A stretch of DNA of 63,591 nt, the filler included. It is 4 parts of 4 records of this genome, joined end to end, with 100 filler letters (N's around TTAATTAATTAA, not from the genome) between each part and the next. Parts side by side here need not be neighbours in the genome. Positions count along the whole stretch, not along the records: positions 1 to 24,003 come from SRR31156797_3152; 3 more parts are not named here. One strand, 5' to 3'. Below the pieces are notes generated by a model. The model made no database searches and was not told the DNA's origin. It worked only from the letters and a program-made list of their open reading frames with translations. Positions 1 through 11,597 of this stretch are shown here, in pieces (positions within the stretch are counted from its first letter, which is position 1; each line of letters opens with the position of its first letter). The translations under genes and the position numbers were made by a program.

Positions 1-37
1 AGCAGGGGAGCGCCTTCGGCCTCTCGGCCACCTCACC
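1..37 (-). tRNA. tRNA-Ser (GCT), 5' half only; truncated at the window edge
   Basis: Reverse complement reads GGTGAGGTGGCCGAGAGGCCGAAGGCGCTCCCCTGCT: acceptor stem, D arm and anticodon GCT of the serV-type tRNA that typically follows csrA in Gammaproteobacteria. Confidence 0.92.
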
Positions 38-52
38 GTCTTGCGGAGGCAC

Positions 53-80
53 ATATTACGATTTACCAAAAATATGTCAA
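53..80 (-). promoter_or_regulatory. Sigma70 promoter of the tRNA gene (stable-RNA type)
   Basis: Minus strand TTGACA (80-75), 16-bp spacer, TAATAT (58-53), then a GC-rich discriminator GTGCCTCCGC. Confidence 0.75.
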
Positions 81-182
81 ACACTTTCTTGGCAAAAATA
101 GCAAAAACTAAGTTAATCGTTGCCTATTTAATCAAAGCGCTTTGAAATTACACTTTTATGAAATGAATCAACTCTTAAACAC

Positions 183-215
183 AAAAAAGGCTGACTAAAT
201 TGTCAGCATTTTTTT
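183..215 (-). terminator. Intrinsic terminator after csrA
   Basis: GCTGAC-taaatt-GTCAGC stem flanked by A and T runs, just after the csrA stop. Confidence 0.6.
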
Positions 216-220
216 ATGAA

Positions 221-418
221 TTAGTAATTGCCAGATGCAGCGTTACCGTTGCCCTTTTCTGCCTGAATGCGCATGTAAATTTCTTCACGGTGAACTGATA
301 CTTCTTTTGGTGCGTTAACACCAATACGCACCTGGTTACCTTTTACACCAAGAACTGTAACAGTCACTTCATCACCGATCATTAAAGTTTCGCCAACACG
401 ACGAGTCAAAATTAGCAT
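221..418 (-). CDS. csrA: Carbon storage regulator CsrA
   Basis: [48 protein letters not shown]; Vibrio-type C-terminus ending SGNY. Confidence 0.99.
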   Translation of the reverse strand: MLILTRRVGETLMIGDEVTVTVLGVKGNQVRIGVNAPKEVSVHREEIYMRIQAEKGNGNAASGNY

Positions 419-508
419 TCTTTGCTCCTTGAGTAATCTCTGAATTATCTTGCAGTTACACTATTATCTACCAAAAGTTATATTTTCGTAAACTCTATTG
501 GTAACTTA

Positions 509-1696
509 TTAACCTAATGACAATTGTCTAGGTTGGAAATTTAATACTTCGTCAGAAGTGATATAAGCGTCATGTAAAATATTAGCTGCGCAATCAACGT
601 CTTGTGGATTTAACATCAACACTAAAGATTGCGAAGTCGTAGACATATGGCGAATATCGATATCGTGTTCCGCGAGTAACGTTAAAGAATGGTCAACTAA
701 GCTCGGTGCTTGTAAACCCACTGTAGTTAATAAACTCACATGCTCACTATTACGGATTTTATCGCCAAACGCCAGCTTCAACTTAGCATAAGCATCGTGT
801 TTTATGGCTACGCCTGCCCATTCTGCATCCTCGATCACATTCCAAATCTCTACTCCTAACATTTGACATTGTTTTTTCAGACTAGAGATTTCGTCATGTT
901 CAATCGAGATTAAAGACATATCACGTTGAATGGCAATTCCACACACAGCTTCAATGCCCTGCTCACCCTTAATCAAGCTACCTTCGTTGACCTGAAAAGT
1001 GGACAGCACACGTAGCGGTACAGCGTTTTCCCAAGCATACTGAACACAAGGGAGATGCAACACTTTTGCACCTTTTCGTGCCATCTCTTCCATTGAAGGA
1101 AAGTCAACAACATCGAGTTTTTTCGCATTCGGAACCACTCTTGGATCACAAGAGTAAACACCATCAACATCAGTAAAGATCTGACACTCATCAGCCTTAA
1201 GCGCTCCAGCTAGTGTCACAGCACTAGTATCAGAGCCTCCTCGGCCAAGTGTGGTGATATCCCCATTCTCATTGATACCTTGGAAACCAGCCACTATCAC
1301 AACCTGATCTTGTTCTAGTAACTCATGAATCGTTTTCGTATCAATGTTCTTAATCGTCGCGTCATTATGCTGGTTGTCAGTCACAATGTTCGCTTGAGCT
1401 CCGGTTAATGAGCGAGCGGCATAACCTAATTTATTTAAAGTCATTGCCAGTAGTGCCATAGACACTTGCTCACCAGCAGAGAGCAAAACATCAAGTTCTC
1501 GAGCGGTTGGAACGCTATCGATTTGTTGAGCTAAGCCCATCAACCGGTTTGTTTCACCCGCCATTGCAGAGACAACTACAACAACTTGATTACCATCATT
1601 TTTCGCCTTTATGATGTGTTCAGCAACGGTATGGATTGTGTCAATTGAACCCATAGAAGTTCCACCGAACTTTTGCACGATAAGGGGCTTTTTCAC
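509..1696 (-). CDS. Aspartate kinase (alaS-ask-csrA type)
   Basis: [30 protein letters not shown] and TDVDGVYSCDPR motifs; GTG start. Confidence 0.95.
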   Translation of the reverse strand: MKKPLIVQKFGGTSMGSIDTIHTVAEHIIKAKNDGNQVVVVVSAMAGETNRLMGLAQQIDSVPTARELDVLLSAGEQVSMALLAMTLNKLGYAARSLTGAQANIVTDNQHNDATIKNIDTKTIHELLEQDQVVIVAGFQGINENGDITTLGRGGSDTSAVTLAGALKADECQIFTDVDGVYSCDPRVVPNAKKLDVVDFPSMEEMARKGAKVLHLPCVQYAWENAVPLRVLSTFQVNEGSLIKGEQGIEAVCGIAIQRDMSLISIEHDEISSLKKQCQMLGVEIWNVIEDAEWAGVAIKHDAYAKLKLAFGDKIRNSEHVSLLTTVGLQAPSLVDHSLTLLAEHDIDIRHMSTTSQSLVLMLNPQDVDCAANILHDAYITSDEVLNFQPRQLSLG

Positions 1697-1894
1697 CAGT
1701 ATTCACCTTCCCAAGACCAAAGTCTCATTAGACCAACAAATAGCCACAAGGCTAAATCGTTTAGTAGTTACAAAAACAAAACCAAGCAGACAATCAAATC
1801 GGCATACACCGTACGATTAAACTACTTGGTCAAAATATTTTTAACTACGCCCTCTCAACACTGAGAGAGCGATTTTATTTACAACGTATTAATT

Positions 1895-4477
1895 TTAAAG
1901 GCGTTCTTCGAGCCAAGGTTGTACTGCCTTCATCGCTTCAGGCAATGCATCAACGTCAGTACCGCCAGCTTGTGCCATATCAGGACGACCGCCACCTTTA
2001 CCACCGACTTGCTCAGCAACCATTTTAACCAGATCACCCGCTTTAACTTTGCCAGTGAGATCTTTAGTTACGCCGGCAATCAAGCCAACTTTGCCATCAG
2101 CAACGTTAGCAAGTAGTACAACACCGCTGCCCATCTGGTTCTTGATGTCATCAACCATCGTTCTTAGGTTTTTGCTATCTGCACCGTTAAGGCCTGCAAT
2201 CAATACTTTAGTACCATTAATTTCTTGAGCTTTGCCCATGATATTGGCACTTTCAGCCGCTGCCATTTTATCTTTCAGCTTCTGAATTTCTTTCTCTAGC
2301 GCTTTCGCTTTGCTCGCTGCTTCAGAAAGTTTTTCTTCGTACTTACGAGACTGAGCATCAATTGCATCAAGTGCCGCTTCACCCGTTACCGCTTCAATAC
2401 GACGGACACCCGCCGCGATACCACCTTCAGAGATGATCTTAAATAGGCCGATGTCACCCGTATTGCTGGCGTGGATGCCACCACATAGCTCAGTTGAGAA
2501 CTCACCCATAGAAAGTACACGAACTTCGTCGTCGTATTTCTCACCGAATAGAGCCATAGCACCTTTTGCTTTCGCCGAATCGATGTCCATAATATTGGTT
2601 TCAATAGTATGGTTTTGACGTACGTGTTCGTTAACCATACGTTCGACTTCTTTTAGCTCTTCAGCTGTCACCGCTTCCAGGTGAGAGAAGTCAAAACGAA
2701 GACCTTCAGGACGAACCAAAGAACCTTTCTGAGTAACGTGATCACCAAGAACTCGACGAAGAGCTTCATGTAGCAAGTGAGTTGCAGAGTGATTTAATGA
2801 AGTTGCATTACGACGTTTAGCATCAACGATCGCTGCTACTTTATCGCCTTTCGCAAGAACACCTTCCGCAAGAACGCCGTGATGAGCAATTGCATTACCT
2901 AACTTTTGGGTATCTTCAACTTTAAACAGACCTGATTCTAGCTTCAGAACACCAGCATCACCACACTGACCACCGGACTCTGCATAGAATGGCGTTTCGT
3001 TAAGAACGATAATTGCCTTGTCGCCAGCGGATAATGAATCGACTTCGTTGCCTTCGACGAATAGCGCTTCGATAGTACCTTCACCTTGAGTTCCGTCGTA
3101 ACCACAGAATTCAGTGCTACCGTCGACTTTGATCACTGCGTTGTAATCCGTACCGAATTGGCCAGCTTCACGAGCACGTTGACGCTGCTCTTCCATCGCT
3201 GCTTCAAAGCCAGCTTCGTCAATAGTGAATTCACGCTCACGAGCAACATCGTTAGTTAGGTCAGCAGGGAAACCGTAGGTATCGTAAAGTTTGAACACAG
3301 TTTCGCCATCAAGCTCTTTACCTTCAAGATTATCTAAAGCTTCGGTAAGAATCGTCATACCGCGATCGAGCGTGCGGCTGAAGTTTTCTTCTTCAATACG
3401 AAGGACTTTCTCAACCATGGCTTGCTGCTTCTTCAACTCTTCGCCTGCAGAGCCCATAACCTCAGCCAATACAGCAACAAGTTTGTAGAAGAATGAACCT
3501 TTCGCGCCCAGCTTGTTACCATGGCGTACAGCACGACGAATAATACGACGTAGCACGTACCCACGACCTTCGTTTGAAGGCATTACACCATCAACGATTA
3601 GGAAAGCACATGAACGAATATGGTCAGCAACGACACGAAGTGACTGGTTAGAAAGATCTTCGTAACCGATAACTTCAGCAGCCGCTTTAATCAGAGTTTG
3701 GAAAACATCAATTTCGTAGTTTGAGTGTACGTTTTGCATAATCGCAGAAATACGCTCAATACCCATACCTGTATCAACAGAAGGCTTAGGTAGTGGTTCC
3801 ATCGTGCCATCAGCATGACGGTTAAACTGCATAAATACGTTGTTCCAGATTTCGATGAAACGATCACCATCTTCTTCCGGAGAGCCCGGAGGACCACCCC
3901 AGATATGATCGCCGTGATCGTAGAAAATTTCAGAACATGGACCACAAGGGCCTGTATCACCCATTTGCCAGAAGTTATCTGACTCATAAGCTTTACCGCC
4001 CGGCTTGTCACCAATGCGTATAATACGATCAGCTGGAACACCCATTTGTTTGTTCCAGATATCAAACGCTTCGTCATCTGTCTGGTAAACAGTGACGAGT
4101 AGACGTTCTGTAGGCAGCTTAAGTACTTCTGTTAAGAATTCCCATGCAAACTTAATAGCATCTTCTTTGAAGTAGTCACCAAAGCTGAAGTTACCCAACA
4201 TTTCAAAGAATGTGTGGTGACGAGCAGTGAAGCCCACATTTTCCAAGTCGTTATGCTTACCACCAGCACGAACACAGCGTTGGGCTGTTGTTGCGCGAGT
4301 GTATGCTCGTTTCTCTAAACCTAGGAAACAATCTTTAAACTGGTTCATCCCTGCGTTTGTGAACAGCAAGGTTGGATCGTTAGCAGGTACCAATGACGAA
4401 CTATCGACAATCTGGTGGCCCTTACTTTCAAAGAATGAGAGGAACGCGCGGCGAACCTCATCCGTGCTCATATACAT
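1895..4477 (-). CDS. alaS: Alanine--tRNA ligase
   Basis: [33 protein letters not shown], editing motifs HSATH and ELCGGIH, C-terminal GGKGGG. Confidence 0.99.
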   Translation of the reverse strand: MYMSTDEVRRAFLSFFESKGHQIVDSSSLVPANDPTLLFTNAGMNQFKDCFLGLEKRAYTRATTAQRCVRAGGKHNDLENVGFTARHHTFFEMLGNFSFGDYFKEDAIKFAWEFLTEVLKLPTERLLVTVYQTDDEAFDIWNKQMGVPADRIIRIGDKPGGKAYESDNFWQMGDTGPCGPCSEIFYDHGDHIWGGPPGSPEEDGDRFIEIWNNVFMQFNRHADGTMEPLPKPSVDTGMGIERISAIMQNVHSNYEIDVFQTLIKAAAEVIGYEDLSNQSLRVVADHIRSCAFLIVDGVMPSNEGRGYVLRRIIRRAVRHGNKLGAKGSFFYKLVAVLAEVMGSAGEELKKQQAMVEKVLRIEEENFSRTLDRGMTILTEALDNLEGKELDGETVFKLYDTYGFPADLTNDVAREREFTIDEAGFEAAMEEQRQRAREAGQFGTDYNAVIKVDGSTEFCGYDGTQGEGTIEALFVEGNEVDSLSAGDKAIIVLNETPFYAESGGQCGDAGVLKLESGLFKVEDTQKLGNAIAHHGVLAEGVLAKGDKVAAIVDAKRRNATSLNHSATHLLHEALRRVLGDHVTQKGSLVRPEGLRFDFSHLEAVTAEELKEVERMVNEHVRQNHTIETNIMDIDSAKAKGAMALFGEKYDDEVRVLSMGEFSTELCGGIHASNTGDIGLFKIISEGGIAAGVRRIEAVTGEAALDAIDAQSRKYEEKLSEAASKAKALEKEIQKLKDKMAAAESANIMGKAQEINGTKVLIAGLNGADSKNLRTMVDDIKNQMGSGVVLLANVADGKVGLIAGVTKDLTGKVKAGDLVKMVAEQVGGKGGGRPDMAQAGGTDVDALPEAMKAVQPWLEERL

Positions 4478-4611
4478 GCAGCTCTTCCTGAAATACTCAA
4501 GTTAGAATTTTGCCGTATTGTAAAGCATGGATAACAGTTCGACTAGTTTTCTCTAGGATCAATTGAAATTTTATGCATGTCTGTTGTTGGCTTCAATTTT
4601 CTCCAGATAAT

Positions 4612-4640
4612 AAAAAACCCCGCAAGTGCGGGGTTTCTTC
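4612..4640 (-). terminator. Intrinsic terminator after recA
   Basis: AAACCCCGCA-ag-TGCGGGGTTT; followed by a T run on the minus strand. Confidence 0.85.
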
Positions 4641-4656
4641 AAACTAACAGAGTATG

Positions 4657-5697
4657 TTAAAACTCTTCTTCTGCAGGAAGCTCATTCTTAGCCTCTTCAG
4701 CTTCAACCGCTGGAGCCAAAAGCATTTCACGCAGTTTAGCGTCGATAGTTGCTGCAGCTTCAGTGTTTTCACGTAAGAACTTACATGCGTTTGCTTTACC
4801 TTGGCCGATCTTATCGCCATTGTAGCTGTACCATGCACCCGCTTTTTCAACCAGCTTATGCTTAACACCTAAATCGATAAGCTCACCTTCGCGGTTAAAA
4901 CCTGCACCGTAAAGGATTTGAGTCTCAGCTTGTTTAAATGGTGCAGCAATCTTGTTCTTAACCACTTTGATACGCGTTTCGTTACCAACAACTTCATCGC
5001 CTTCTTTGATAGAACCCGTACGACGAATATCCAAACGAACTGAAGCGTAGAATTTAAGAGCGTTACCACCGGTTGTTGTTTCAGGGTTACCAAACATTAC
5101 ACCAATCTTCATACGGATTTGGTTAATGAAGATACACATACAGTTTGATTGCTTAAGGTTACCCGTTAGCTTACGCATTGCTTGTGAAAGCATACGCGCC
5201 TGAAGACCCATGTGGCTATCACCCATTTCGCCTTCAATCTCAGCTTTAGGTGTTAGAGCCGCAACCGAGTCAACAACCATTACATCAACAGCACCAGAAC
5301 GCGCTAGTGCGTCACAGATTTCAAGAGCTTGTTCACCAGTATCTGGCTGAGAAACCAGTAGGTCATCAATTTGTACACCCAGCTTTTTCGCATAAACAGG
5401 ATCAAGAGCGTGCTCAGCATCGATAAATGCACAGGTTTTACCTGCACGTTGTGCCGCAGCAATAAGCTCAAGAGTCAGTGTTGTTTTACCTGAAGATTCC
5501 GGACCGTAAATTTCAACGATACGACCCATTGGCAGGCCACCAGCACCTAGTGCGATATCCAGAGAAAGTGAACCCGTAGAAATTGTTTCAACATCCATCG
5601 TGCGGTTGTCGCCCAACTTCATGATAGAACCTTTACCGAACTGCTTTTCAATTTGACCAAGCGCTGCGGCTAGGGCTTTTTGTTTATTCTCGTCCAT
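4657..5697 (-). CDS. recA: Recombinase RecA
   Basis: Walker [43 protein letters not shown]. Confidence 0.99.
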   Translation of the reverse strand: MDENKQKALAAALGQIEKQFGKGSIMKLGDNRTMDVETISTGSLSLDIALGAGGLPMGRIVEIYGPESSGKTTLTLELIAAAQRAGKTCAFIDAEHALDPVYAKKLGVQIDDLLVSQPDTGEQALEICDALARSGAVDVMVVDSVAALTPKAEIEGEMGDSHMGLQARMLSQAMRKLTGNLKQSNCMCIFINQIRMKIGVMFGNPETTTGGNALKFYASVRLDIRRTGSIKEGDEVVGNETRIKVVKNKIAAPFKQAETQILYGAGFNREGELIDLGVKHKLVEKAGAWYSYNGDKIGQGKANACKFLRENTEAAATIDAKLREMLLAPAVEAEEAKNELPAEEEF

Positions 5698-5775
5698 TAC
5701 TTTCTCCAGACTGTCACTCGCGTGATACGTGAATGCTTAGAAATTAGTTTGACTTATTGCGTCAGAATGATGCTC

Positions 5776-5803
5776 ATTATACTGTTGATTCATACAGTGT
5801 CTA
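5776..5803 (-). promoter_or_regulatory. recA promoter with a LexA (SOS) box in the spacer
   Basis: Minus strand TAGACA, 16 bp, TATAAT; the spacer 5782-5797 is CTGTTGATTCATACAG (CTG-N10-CAG), the same layout as E. coli recA. Confidence 0.9.
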
Positions 5804-5847
5804 CCCCTGTATAAAAAAAATTGTGCTATTTACCGAAAGTCAGAGAC

Positions 5848-6351
5848 TTAGCTACTTTTAAGTGCCTTCGACAAAAAATACTCTTTCAATGTTTCCAATG
5901 CATAGTCAACCGCTTGGGTTCTTACTTCAGCTCTATCACCAGAAAAGTGTTTAGTTTCAATATGTAACCAACCAGATTTATCAGCCCATGCAAAACAGAC
6001 CGTGCCAACAGGTTTTTCCTCACTACCACCACTTGGGCCAGCAATACCACTGATCGAAACGCCAATAGTGGCATTCGAGTTTGCCAACGCACCCTGCACC
6101 ATTTCGAAGACGACAGGTTCAGACACCGCACCAAACTCTGCCAGCGTTTCAGGCTTTACACCTATCATTTCTTGCTTAGCTTCATTACTGTAGGTCACAA
6201 AGGCGCGGTCAAACCAAGCTGAGCTACCAGAGACTTCAGTAATCGCAGTTGCAACACCGCCTCCGGTACAGGATTCTGCGGTAACCAGTACCTGATTATT
6301 TTCCAGCAACAAATCTCCGACTTCTTGACTGAGTAGATAAAGTGAATCCAT
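5848..6351 (-). CDS. pncC: CinA C-terminal family / NMN amidohydrolase
   Basis: TAESCTGG, TYSNEAK, GAVSE, SGIAGP, KPVGTV motifs; directly upstream of recA. Confidence 0.93.
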   Translation of the reverse strand: MDSLYLLSQEVGDLLLENNQVLVTAESCTGGGVATAITEVSGSSAWFDRAFVTYSNEAKQEMIGVKPETLAEFGAVSEPVVFEMVQGALANSNATIGVSISGIAGPSGGSEEKPVGTVCFAWADKSGWLHIETKHFSGDRAEVRTQAVDYALETLKEYFLSKALKSS

Positions 6352-6424
6352 GACTAACCTTCCTAAATCATTTACTCAGGTAAAGCTAACTGATAGCCAA
6401 CCAATTGCCAACCTCAGATACAAC

Positions 6425-6447
6425 AAGAGTGCCGCAAGGGCACTCTT
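6425..6447. terminator. Hairpin/terminator after cysA
   Basis: Perfect 9-bp stem AAGAGTGCC-gcaag-GGCACTCTT. Confidence 0.7.
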
Positions 6448-6476
6448 GAAATAGATAGAACGGCTGTTATTAAGAG

Positions 6477-7607
6477 TTAGATCTCAAAGTTAATGTTGCC
6501 TGGTGCGAGGAATGGCCAACGTAAAACTTCTGGTTCAGCATTTGAATCTTCAGCAAAGAAGTATCCCACCTGAGGGGTCGCAAATACCTGATCACCACGG
6601 CTAAGTGGCTGCTCACTCAGCGTCCGGTGAGACAATTTCGCCTCCCACAACTCTTCCGTTTCCCAACCAATGGGTGATAGTTCAACGCGAACTTCTGCAC
6701 CAACAGGGTTAATCGCGACAACCTCACAAGGAAGCGACGCCTGACTGTTATCTTTCTTCGATAAACTCAGTTCATGACCACGGACATAAAGAGAACCATT
6801 TTTTTGCGTCGCTTCAGTGACTGGAGGCTGAACAAATGCCTTCCCGTTTTGCCACTGTTGATTACTCCAGTTCGCCTGGAACTGGTTAACGTTGCCGAAG
6901 AAATCAAACACAAAGCGGCTATTCGGATGAGCATACAGCTCAACTGGCGAATCCACTTGTTCAATCTTACCGTTGCTCATGACCACTACGCGGTCAGAAA
7001 GCTCTAATGCTTCATCCTGATCGTGCGTCACAAACACGCTGGTAAAACCCAGTTCGTCGTGAAGACTGCGTAACCAACGGCGTAAATCTTTACGAACTTT
7101 TGCATCCAATGCACCAAACGGCTCATCAAGTAACAACACTTCTGGCTGAGTTGCTAAAGCGCGGGCTAAAGCAATACGCTGCTTCTGACCACCAGAAAGC
7201 TGCTCAGGATAACGTCCAGCCAAGTGACCCAACTGAACAATTTCCAGCAACTGCTTAACTCGCTTACTGATTTCAGCGGGATTAGGACGCTGTGAACGCT
7301 CCATTACCTGCAAACCAAAAGCGACGTTATCAGCAACAGTCATGTGTCGGAACAAGGCATAATTCTGAAAAACAAAACCCACTCGGCGGTCACGAACGTG
7401 TACGTTGGTTACATCGCGCTCACGGAAATGAATCGAACCTGTATTAGCATTTTCTAAGCCCGCAATAATACGTAAAAGCGTTGTTTTACCTGAACCAGAT
7501 GGGCCTAAAAGGCCAATCATTTCACCATCATCAATATTCAAGGAAAGTGGCGACAGCGCCTGAAACTTGCCAAATTGCTTGGAAATATTATCTAAACGAA
7601 TACTCAT
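6477..7607 (-). CDS. cysA: Sulfate/thiosulfate ABC transporter ATPase
   Basis: [29 protein letters not shown]; last gene of the cysPTWA operon. Confidence 0.95.
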   Translation of the reverse strand: MSIRLDNISKQFGKFQALSPLSLNIDDGEMIGLLGPSGSGKTTLLRIIAGLENANTGSIHFRERDVTNVHVRDRRVGFVFQNYALFRHMTVADNVAFGLQVMERSQRPNPAEISKRVKQLLEIVQLGHLAGRYPEQLSGGQKQRIALARALATQPEVLLLDEPFGALDAKVRKDLRRWLRSLHDELGFTSVFVTHDQDEALELSDRVVVMSNGKIEQVDSPVELYAHPNSRFVFDFFGNVNQFQANWSNQQWQNGKAFVQPPVTEATQKNGSLYVRGHELSLSKKDNSQASLPCEVVAINPVGAEVRVELSPIGWETEELWEAKLSHRTLSEQPLSRGDQVFATPQVGYFFAEDSNAEPEVLRWPFLAPGNINFEI

Positions 7608-8461
7608 AACGTTCCTTGCTGCTCTTGTTCATTTGCATGATTTCGTTCTTGTCGCCATTCAACAAAGGCTTTCAGAATCAGGGTTAATAAAGCAATAAAT
7701 GCCAGTAATGATGCGCTCGCAAATGCGGCTTCAGATTGATAATCCTCATACAGCAACTGAACGTGTAACGGTAAGGTGTTGGTTTCACCACGGATATTTC
7801 CCGATACCACTGCTACTGCACCGAATTCACCAACCGCTCGAGCGTTGGTTAAAATGACACCGTAAATCAGCGCCCATTTAATATTCGGTAGTGTCACCCG
7901 ACGGAACAGTTGCCACCATGAAGCACCTAGAATAACCGCCGCTTCTTCATCAGAACGACCTTGTTGCTGCATCAGTGGAATCAGTTCTCTAGCCACGAAC
8001 GGACAAGTAACAAATACCGTTACCAACACAATGCCCGGCCAAGCAAACATGATTTGTAAATCGTGCTCAAACAACCACTCACCTAGCCAACCACTGCTGC
8101 CATAAAGCAACAGGTAGAGAAGACCAGCAACCACTGGCGACACTGCAAATGGAATATCAATTAAAGTGATCAGGAACTTGCGTCCAACAAATTCGAAGCG
8201 TGTCACCACCCATGCGAGCATCACACCAAAAACTAAGTTAATTGGCACTGTCAGCAGTGCAACGATGAGCGTTAAGCCAATCGCGTGTAGCGTATCTGGC
8301 TCACTCAAATTCTCAAAATACGTTTCTAACCCACTGGCAAACGCTTGCTGAAAAATACTCAACAAAGGAATCAGTAATAAAATGGTGACAAAAAATAGCG
8401 CCAGTGAAATTAAACTCCACTTAACTAAAGGCTTTTCACCAATACGTAAAGGTTGCGACAT
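7604..8461 (-). CDS. cysW: Sulfate/thiosulfate ABC permease CysW
   Basis: [32 protein letters not shown]. Confidence 0.95.
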   Translation of the reverse strand: MSQPLRIGEKPLVKWSLISLALFFVTILLLIPLLSIFQQAFASGLETYFENLSEPDTLHAIGLTLIVALLTVPINLVFGVMLAWVVTRFEFVGRKFLITLIDIPFAVSPVVAGLLYLLLYGSSGWLGEWLFEHDLQIMFAWPGIVLVTVFVTCPFVARELIPLMQQQGRSDEEAAVILGASWWQLFRRVTLPNIKWALIYGVILTNARAVGEFGAVAVVSGNIRGETNTLPLHVQLLYEDYQSEAAFASASLLAFIALLTLILKAFVEWRQERNHANEQEQQGTL

Positions 8462-8470
8462 AGTGACCCC

Positions 8471-9322
8471 TTATCTACCGTGAATGCGGCGCAAATAAGC
8501 GCCTTGCCATAAGTTGATGACAAGTAGCAAAGACAGTGAAGTTAAAAGAACAACCGAAGCGATCGCGCTTGCAGCAGGGAAATCAAATTCCTGTAAGCGG
8601 ACGAAAATCATCAACGATGTAATTTCACTCACATAAGGCATATTGCCCGCGATAAAAATCACAGCGCCAAATTCACCTAAACTACGTGTGAATGACAACG
8701 CAACACCCACCAACAGTGCAGGACGTAAAGAAGGCATAATCACTCGCCAAAACACTGCGCTGTCCGACGCGCCAAGCGTCATTCCCGCCTCTTCTTCCTC
8801 CCGTGAAATCTCTTCCAATACAGGCTGAACCGTACGCACAACAAAAGGAATACTGGTGAACGCCATCGCCACGATAATGCCCAATGGTGTGTAAGCGACT
8901 TTAATACCGATGCTTTCTAAAATACTACCCAACCATCCGCTGCTTGAGTAAAGCGTTGCCAAAGTGATACCAGCAACGGCTGTTGGTAAAGCGAATGGTA
9001 AATCCACCAATGCATCTAGAATACGCTTACCAGGAAACTGGTAACGAACCAAGACCCAAGCCAGCAATAAACCGAGAACACCATTAAACAGAGAAGCGAT
9101 AAATGCAGAGCCAACAGTGACTTTATAACTCGCCACTAAACGAGGGTCCGTAATCACATACCAGTACTCACTCAGTGACATTCCCTTGGTTTGCATCACT
9201 AGCCCTGTAGCAGGTAGCAATAGAATCAAGCTGATAAACAGCAAAGAAATACCCAAGCTGATTGCGAAACCGGGAAGCACTCGTTGATGTTTTGGGCGAG
9301 AAGTCGCGTGAGATCCGCTCAT
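8471..9322 (-). CDS. cysT: Sulfate/thiosulfate ABC permease CysT (CysU)
   Basis: DLPFALPTAVAGI, PFVVRTVQP, RSLGEFGAVIFIAGN. Confidence 0.95.
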   Translation of the reverse strand: MSGSHATSRPKHQRVLPGFAISLGISLLFISLILLLPATGLVMQTKGMSLSEYWYVITDPRLVASYKVTVGSAFIASLFNGVLGLLLAWVLVRYQFPGKRILDALVDLPFALPTAVAGITLATLYSSSGWLGSILESIGIKVAYTPLGIIVAMAFTSIPFVVRTVQPVLEEISREEEEAGMTLGASDSAVFWRVIMPSLRPALLVGVALSFTRSLGEFGAVIFIAGNMPYVSEITSLMIFVRLQEFDFPAASAIASVVLLTSLSLLLVINLWQGAYLRRIHGR

Positions 9323-9351
9323 AAACCCTCAAAATTACCGTAGAAAAAGAT

Positions 9352-9380
9352 TGATTACCGCCCAGGACGAGCGGTAACAA
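9352..9380 (-). other. Intercistronic stem-loop between cysP and cysT (possible mRNA-stabilising hairpin)
   Basis: Minus strand TTACCGCTC-gtcct-GGGCGGTAA, after the binding-protein gene. Confidence 0.45.
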
Positions 9381-9394
9381 CATACTTAAAGAGA

Positions 9395-10405
9395 TTAACG
9401 ACGCTGTAACTGATCTAACTTAGCACCGCTCGCGAATTGAGTTTTCATTGCGTTATCCCAACCACCAGCGATTTCTTCCACTGTTAATAGTTGTACATCT
9501 GGGAAACGGTCAGCAAACTCAGCTTTCACTTTCTCATCGTGAACACGATAGTTGAAACCCGCTAGCATGCGTTGAGCTTCTTCGCTGTATAGGTAAGAAA
9601 GGTACTCAGTTGCCACTTCAGTTGACCCGTTACGTTTTGCATTACGCTCAACAACCGCAACTGGGAACTCAGCCAAAATAGACGTTTTAGGGACAACCAC
9701 TTCGTAGTTACCTTCACCGTATTGTTTACGGATATTGTTTACTTCTGATTCAAACGTAATCAAAACGTCGCCGATCTTGCGCTCAACAAACGAAGTTGTA
9801 GCACCACGACCGCCTGTATCAAACACAGCAACGTTAGCCAGCATTTGTTTTAGGAACTGGTCCTGTTTCGCTTCGCTATCTTTACCGAATGTTTTCTGTG
9901 CATAACCAAGCGCTGCCAGATAAGTGTAACGAGCGTTGCCTGAAGTTTTCGGGTTAGGGAATACTGAAGCAACACCTTCACGAGCAAGATCACCCCAATC
10001 CTGAATGTTCTTTGGGTTGCCTTTACGCACTAAAAACGCAGTAGTTGAGTAATAAGGAGAGCTCGCGTTTGGTAGTTTGCTTTGCCAGTCTGCCGGAATC
10101 AGTTTTCCTTTATCATGCAACACTTGTACATCTGTCACCTGGTTAAACGTGACTACGTCTGCCGACAAACCTTGAAGAATTGAACGCGCTTGAGCAGAAG
10201 AACCGCCGTGAGACTGCTTAATCTCAATCGTTTTGCCTGTCTTCTCTTCCCAATGCTTTGCAAAAATTGGGTTATAAGTTGCGAACAGTTCACGAGCGAT
10301 GTCGTAAGAAGAGTTCAGGATTGCTTGATCTGCTGCTGATGCATTAAATGAACCTGCAATTAGCAGGGCTGCAAGAGCTGACTTCATTCGTTTCATTATA
10401 TTCAT
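9395..10405 (-). CDS. cysP: Thiosulfate/sulfate-binding periplasmic protein
   Basis: Signal peptide; [35 protein letters not shown]. Confidence 0.93.
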   Translation of the reverse strand: MNIMKRMKSALAALLIAGSFNASAADQAILNSSYDIARELFATYNPIFAKHWEEKTGKTIEIKQSHGGSSAQARSILQGLSADVVTFNQVTDVQVLHDKGKLIPADWQSKLPNASSPYYSTTAFLVRKGNPKNIQDWGDLAREGVASVFPNPKTSGNARYTYLAALGYAQKTFGKDSEAKQDQFLKQMLANVAVFDTGGRGATTSFVERKIGDVLITFESEVNNIRKQYGEGNYEVVVPKTSILAEFPVAVVERNAKRNGSTEVATEYLSYLYSEEAQRMLAGFNYRVHDEKVKAEFADRFPDVQLLTVEEIAGGWDNAMKTQFASGAKLDQLQRR

Positions 10406-10640
10406 ACTCCAAATTCACGTTGCCGGTATGGCATCCTTTGTGACTAGAATATGTGTATAAAATGATTATAACAAAGGTTATAAATAGAACCTTTTGGAAT
10501 ATTATCAAACAATAAATTGTATATTGGATGTTAATAGGACTTGTCTATATACCCAAGTAACCTCAAGATGAGACAAATACACAATAGCAACAAACAAGGC
10601 CCAATATGGCCAAGAACTCATTTTAGCGAGAGGGAAACAA

Positions 10641-11531
10641 GTGTCTGACTTTCCAACCATTGAAGCTTATGTAGGCCAAACGCCTTTAGTAAAACTACAA
10701 CGATTAGCAGAAGGCACCCAAAGTACTGTGCTGGTTAAGCTTGAAGGCAATAACCCTGCTGGCTCAGTGAAAGATCGTCCGGCGCTTAATATGATCATTC
10801 AGGCTGAAGCTCGTGGAACCATTAAACCCGGCGACACCATTATCGAAGCCACTAGCGGTAACACAGGTATAGCTTTGGCCATGGCCGCTGCTATCAAAGG
10901 CTATAAGATGATTCTTATTATGCCAGACAACTCAACTCAGGAACGTAAAGATTCAATGCATGCTTACGGTGCTGAGCTGATTCTGGTTACTAAAGAGCAA
11001 GGAATGGAAGGCGCACGCGACTTAGCGCTGCAAATGCAAAGCGAAGGTAAAGGCATCGTTCTTGATCAGTTCAACAATGCAGATAATCCAGATGCACACT
11101 TTCATTCAACTGGTCCGGAAATCTGGGAACAGAGCTTAGGTAAAGTTACTCACTTTGTTTCTAGTATGGGTACAACCGGTACAATAGTCGGTGTTTCCCG
11201 TTACCTGAAATCAAAAAATCCAGAGGTAAACATTGTTGGTTTGCAGCCTTCAGAAGGCAGTGCTATTCCGGGAATTCGCCGCTGGCCTCAAGAATACTTA
11301 CCGGGTATTTATGATGATTCAACCATCGATCAAGTGATCGATATCGACCAGAAATCAGCAGAAGATACTGCCCGAGCGTTGGCACGTGAAGAAGGGATCA
11401 GTGCGGGTGTTAGCTCCGGTGGCGCTGTATTTGCCGCGATAGAGATCGCTAAACAGAATCCGGGATCAGTAGTCGTTGCAATCGTCTGTGATCGCGGAGA
11501 TCGCTATTTATCTTCTGGGTTGTTTTCATAG
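10641..11531 (+). CDS. cysM: Cysteine synthase B
   Basis: KLEGNNPAGSVKDR (PLP lysine), EATSGNTG, GIRRW, CDRGDRYLS. Confidence 0.96.
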   Translation: MSDFPTIEAYVGQTPLVKLQRLAEGTQSTVLVKLEGNNPAGSVKDRPALNMIIQAEARGTIKPGDTIIEATSGNTGIALAMAAAIKGYKMILIMPDNSTQERKDSMHAYGAELILVTKEQGMEGARDLALQMQSEGKGIVLDQFNNADNPDAHFHSTGPEIWEQSLGKVTHFVSSMGTTGTIVGVSRYLKSKNPEVNIVGLQPSEGSAIPGIRRWPQEYLPGIYDDSTIDQVIDIDQKSAEDTARALAREEGISAGVSSGGAVFAAIEIAKQNPGSVVVAIVCDRGDRYLSSGLFS

Positions 11532-11547
11532 TACGCCTTAACATATT

Positions 11548-11574
11548 GGAATTGCAGCACTTGAATGCAATTCC
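11548..11574. repeat. Perfect inverted repeat after cysM (terminator-like or operator)
   Basis: GGAATTGCA-N9-TGCAATTCC. Confidence 0.7.
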
Positions 11575-11587
11575 CCCCCCCCCCCCC
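11573..11587. repeat. C15 homopolymer tract upstream of mutS
   Basis: 15 consecutive C read directly from the sequence. Confidence 0.9.
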
Positions 11588-11597
11588 TTTGCGACAA

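Noticed and set aside
1697..1894. Possible lysine riboswitch upstream of the Vibrio aspartokinase
   Set aside because: No L-box consensus recognisable; only a simple hairpin near 1848-1872 after alaS
10406..10640. CysB binding sites in the divergent cysP/cysM spacer
   Set aside because: Expected from biology, but the LysR consensus is too degenerate to place in this AT-rich spacer
6477..11531. cysPTWA/cysM block between pncC and mutS as a possible acquired island
   Set aside because: Same arrangement as I recall for V. cholerae; no mobility genes or visible composition shift
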